A DNA stretch of 32,000 nucleotides, taken from assembly GCA_017475605.1 (NCBI GenBank), contig JAFVFD010000002.1:30001-62000 (forward strand). Direction: 5' to 3'. The notes beneath the pieces were generated by a model. It did no database searches and was not told the DNA's origin. It saw nothing but the letters and a program-made list of their open reading frames with translations. Below are positions 31,101 through 32,000 of the stretch, piece after piece. Numbering within the stretch: position 1 is the first letter of the stretch; the number at the start of each line of letters is the position of its first letter. This DNA comes from Alphaproteobacteria bacterium (GTDB lineage: Bacteria > Pseudomonadota > Alphaproteobacteria > Rs-D84). The position numbers and the translations under genes were made by a program.

Positions 31101-32000
31101 ATAGCATGCGGTGTAACTTGCCGCGAATTCTGTTGAACCCGCCCAGCCCGCCGGACATTCCGTTTGGGTTGTTGCACCATCACCACTGTAATAACCGCTT
31201 GTTGTGCCGGAACACGCGAACGAACCGGCGACCCTGTAAAAGTATCCCGCGTTACAGGTCAAAGCATCGGCATCCATACAGTTATTATAATCACCACTAA
31301 CTTCTGTGCCGTTGTAATAGCATGTGGCGAAACCTGTACCATTTGCCCAATTGTGATTTGGATAGCCGGTTGTTGCGGTATATGGATTATATGTTACATA
31401 ACAAGTCTCAATACCACGATATTTTTGACCTTCAACCAGGGCGGCCTTGCCCGGGGTGCCATCTTTGTCGGTCGGACAGTCGTGGAATCCATCTGTATCG
31501 CACCACATATCTTCTGGGCAAACATTGGAACTATAGATACATTTGTTATAAGCATTTGTCGTTGTGTTATAGGAAACATGTTGGCTTACCACATTAACGG
31601 TAGTTCCGTTCAGATTCTTGGTTGCTTTACATGTCAAATAACAATCTGTAATCGCTTTACCATTTGTCGCACTGCCAGTATTTGGTGTGTTGCTGACCAC
31701 ATCGCCAGATGTATCTGTACCCGCGGGGCACACATTTAATTTAGTAGATGTGGTATCTGTTATATTTGTTTCGTTCCAATTAGTCGGGGCAGGACTCCAA
31801 TTGCCATCGCCAACCGCAACACAGTCCAGATTTTCATTTGTACTTGTTGCGCCGTCTAATTCATCATAGTATCCAGCATCACACTTGCGCATTGTATAAC
31901 TGTTGCCGCAATTGATTGAATAGGTGTTGTTAACAGTGCTCCAATGGCAACGTTTTGTGCGACCACCATGAGTTGTCTTTTCCCAAATGCCTTCGCGGAC
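28200..32000 (-). CDS. Giant cysteine-rich repeat protein, 5'-truncated by the window edge; contains Listeria-Bacteroides (Flg_new-like) repeats and tandem six-Cys units
   Basis: I checked codon by codon that the frame stays open from 31892 to 32000 (...VREGIWEKTTHGGRTKRCHWSTVNNTYSINCGNSYT-MRKC...), so the ATG at 31892 is probably internal. By hand count there are about 85 Cys in the 1230 aa listed. Confidence 0.8.
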   Translation of the reverse strand, partial: VREGIWEKTTHGGRTKRCHWSTVNNTYSINCGNSYTMRKCDAGYYDELDGATSTNENLDCVAVGDGNWSPAPTNWNETNITDTTSTKLNVCPAGTDTSGDVVSNTPNTGSATNGKAITDCYLTCKATKNLNGTTVNVVSQHVSYNTTTNAYNKCIYSSNVCPEDMWCDTDGFHDCPTDKDGTPGKAALVEGQKYRGIETCYVTYNPYTATTGYPNHNWANGTGFATCYYNGTEVSGDYNNCMDADALTCNAGYFYRVAGSFACSGTTSGYYSGDGATTQTECPAGWAGSTEFAASYTACYTECDKTPADFANSKTVSAAENIVYGNSATTYNACSYNVVCKTGYDVKNNNTAAPTCDAHEYTITLNKNGGTGSTAPSVKCTFDSGACALPAIVDTRTGYSTANKWCTAANGGGTCYNAGTTVTTNISSDASDIELFAQWTPNVYEITLNHNGATTAGSPAKVYLKYATGWYSNAAATTAITTLTTKPVKGVLTFAGYTGNNVSVVDADGKFVTTTAALTFTTSNATVSAQWTDAPITCPVGKYYRGAGENPTTDCLPCTANNYCPGVTVVTNSGQAGIEPCPDDGKSPANSESSAACYKELLPTYVATHGRGTQTCYYNETALAYSDRCKDFVITSCDAGHWLATTTGTDCSAAGVGYYSANNILTRDACPNGGTTKSDNTTAETVQECFKANLAYAATDGSGTGTQSCWYSNGTGNSAVYGRDCFDKVITKCRGGYYLAAQTDIACTVVDFNYYSIEDELERHACPNEGKTSYNNTSTISECWKNGQPYVAEHGGGERTCKWSVADDAYLAGCGTPTMLYCDAGYWLANATDIECSVADYAYYSPDRDLARYACPAGTTTRTATSESERACFVCPENSVCEPGQEVETCEYLTGGLYPKSEAGTIDKAYCYRDCTMGENANAMSGHDYYTATDTCAITSCASGYTLSNGQCVTCPAGSFCDGTPGGEGGNGAKSCADLGDGSWMYSAPGATKASDCYRKCTGYVEDNCTLSPVETTAYWPNNCQYTGTSATGNPAEVVDGHCIETACISNYEMVNGSCKPCNRENALSYKPDGNCIIESCVIGYHPYNSVCEEDVKDCTDVAPNATVATQKWDAAHGAFGICTIKSCEDGFHLASNACVENEQVCNVPNGVGTKTWNTATGSWNECIATSCVPGYTNDPYEKNNASEQCSACRNKFSVLGEVAAASYSTGCEIASCLYQGEKYNLDNNECVPICDRPYSDETGSLRWNNATKKCERTCNPGYISW
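29373..30209 (-). repeat. Three tandem ~92-aa six-cysteine repeat units within the giant protein (aa 562-840 of the listed ORF)
   Basis: The units begin TYVATHGRGTQTCYYNE, AYAATDGSGTGTQSCWYSN and PYVAEHGGGERTCKWSV. Each continues C..(7-8)..C.AG(H/Y)W/Y ... C ... YYS ... ACP.G ... EC(F/W)K. A fourth, separated unit is at aa 184-267. Confidence 0.75.
30405..30920 (-). other. Two Listeria-Bacteroides repeat (InlB B-repeat / Flg_new-like) domains, Cys-free core
   Basis: YTITLNKNGGTGS ... TGYSTANKW ... DIELFAQWT and YEITLNHNGATTAG ... LTFAGYTG ... ATVSAQWT fit the pattern Y.v.f..nGG ... GY.F.GW ... l.A.W. Confidence 0.6.

Noticed and set aside
28424-31869. Many 60-190-aa ORFs on the plus strand inside the giant gene (e.g. 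31164-31739, 30995-31300, 29195-29548, 29957-30292)
   Set aside because: They are shadow ORFs antisense to a long, strongly patterned coding frame. They have low-complexity or Cys/Arg-rich translations and no RBS or motif support.

Overview
This 32-kb window comes from a moderately AT-rich Gram-negative genome. It is probably an alphaproteobacterium, judging from the alpha-type ribosomal protein S4, BamD, MurJ and the dacC-holB-tatD-smpB cluster; that taxon call is inference only. Most of the window is housekeeping backbone: murJ (partial), bamD, comEB, era, queA, tgt, lysS, a cold-shock protein, lemA, rpsD, smpB, tatD, holB, a GNAT, a PBP5-type carboxypeptidase, mtaB, rpoZ, dinB, ybaK and a flavoprotein. 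I found no rRNA, CRISPR array, transposase or integrase.

Two visibly AT-richer accessory patches lie beside the two tRNA genes, tRNA-Gly(GCC) at 7038-7114 and tRNA-Ser(GGA) at 20884-20974. Both tRNAs are followed by partial copies of their own 3' end plus terminator, which look like att-like scars.

The best candidate for a new system is at 21.4-24.0 kb. One ORF fuses a phage MuF/SPP1-gp7 signature (HPNCRC) to a C-terminal Tlde1/DUF2778-like L,D-transpeptidase-fold peptidoglycan toxin domain. It is followed by two small multi-TM proteins, each trailed by a conserved ~40-nt repeat, then a strong terminator and a signal-less GH24 muramidase. The locus has an odd promoter-plus-terminator leader, and no phage structural or T6SS genes occur in the window.

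Other notable items:
- Two very large secreted cysteine-rich mosaic proteins (7255-10113 and 28200 to beyond 32000) carry eukaryote-like CxxCPxGxY modules.
- A 465-aa orphan next to lysS has a cryptic RelA/SpoT-like core.
- A Lys-codon mini-ORF with terminator and antiterminator geometry lies in front of lysS.
- An alpha/beta hydrolase has lost its catalytic serine.

All functional calls come from reading motifs by eye; no database search was possible.
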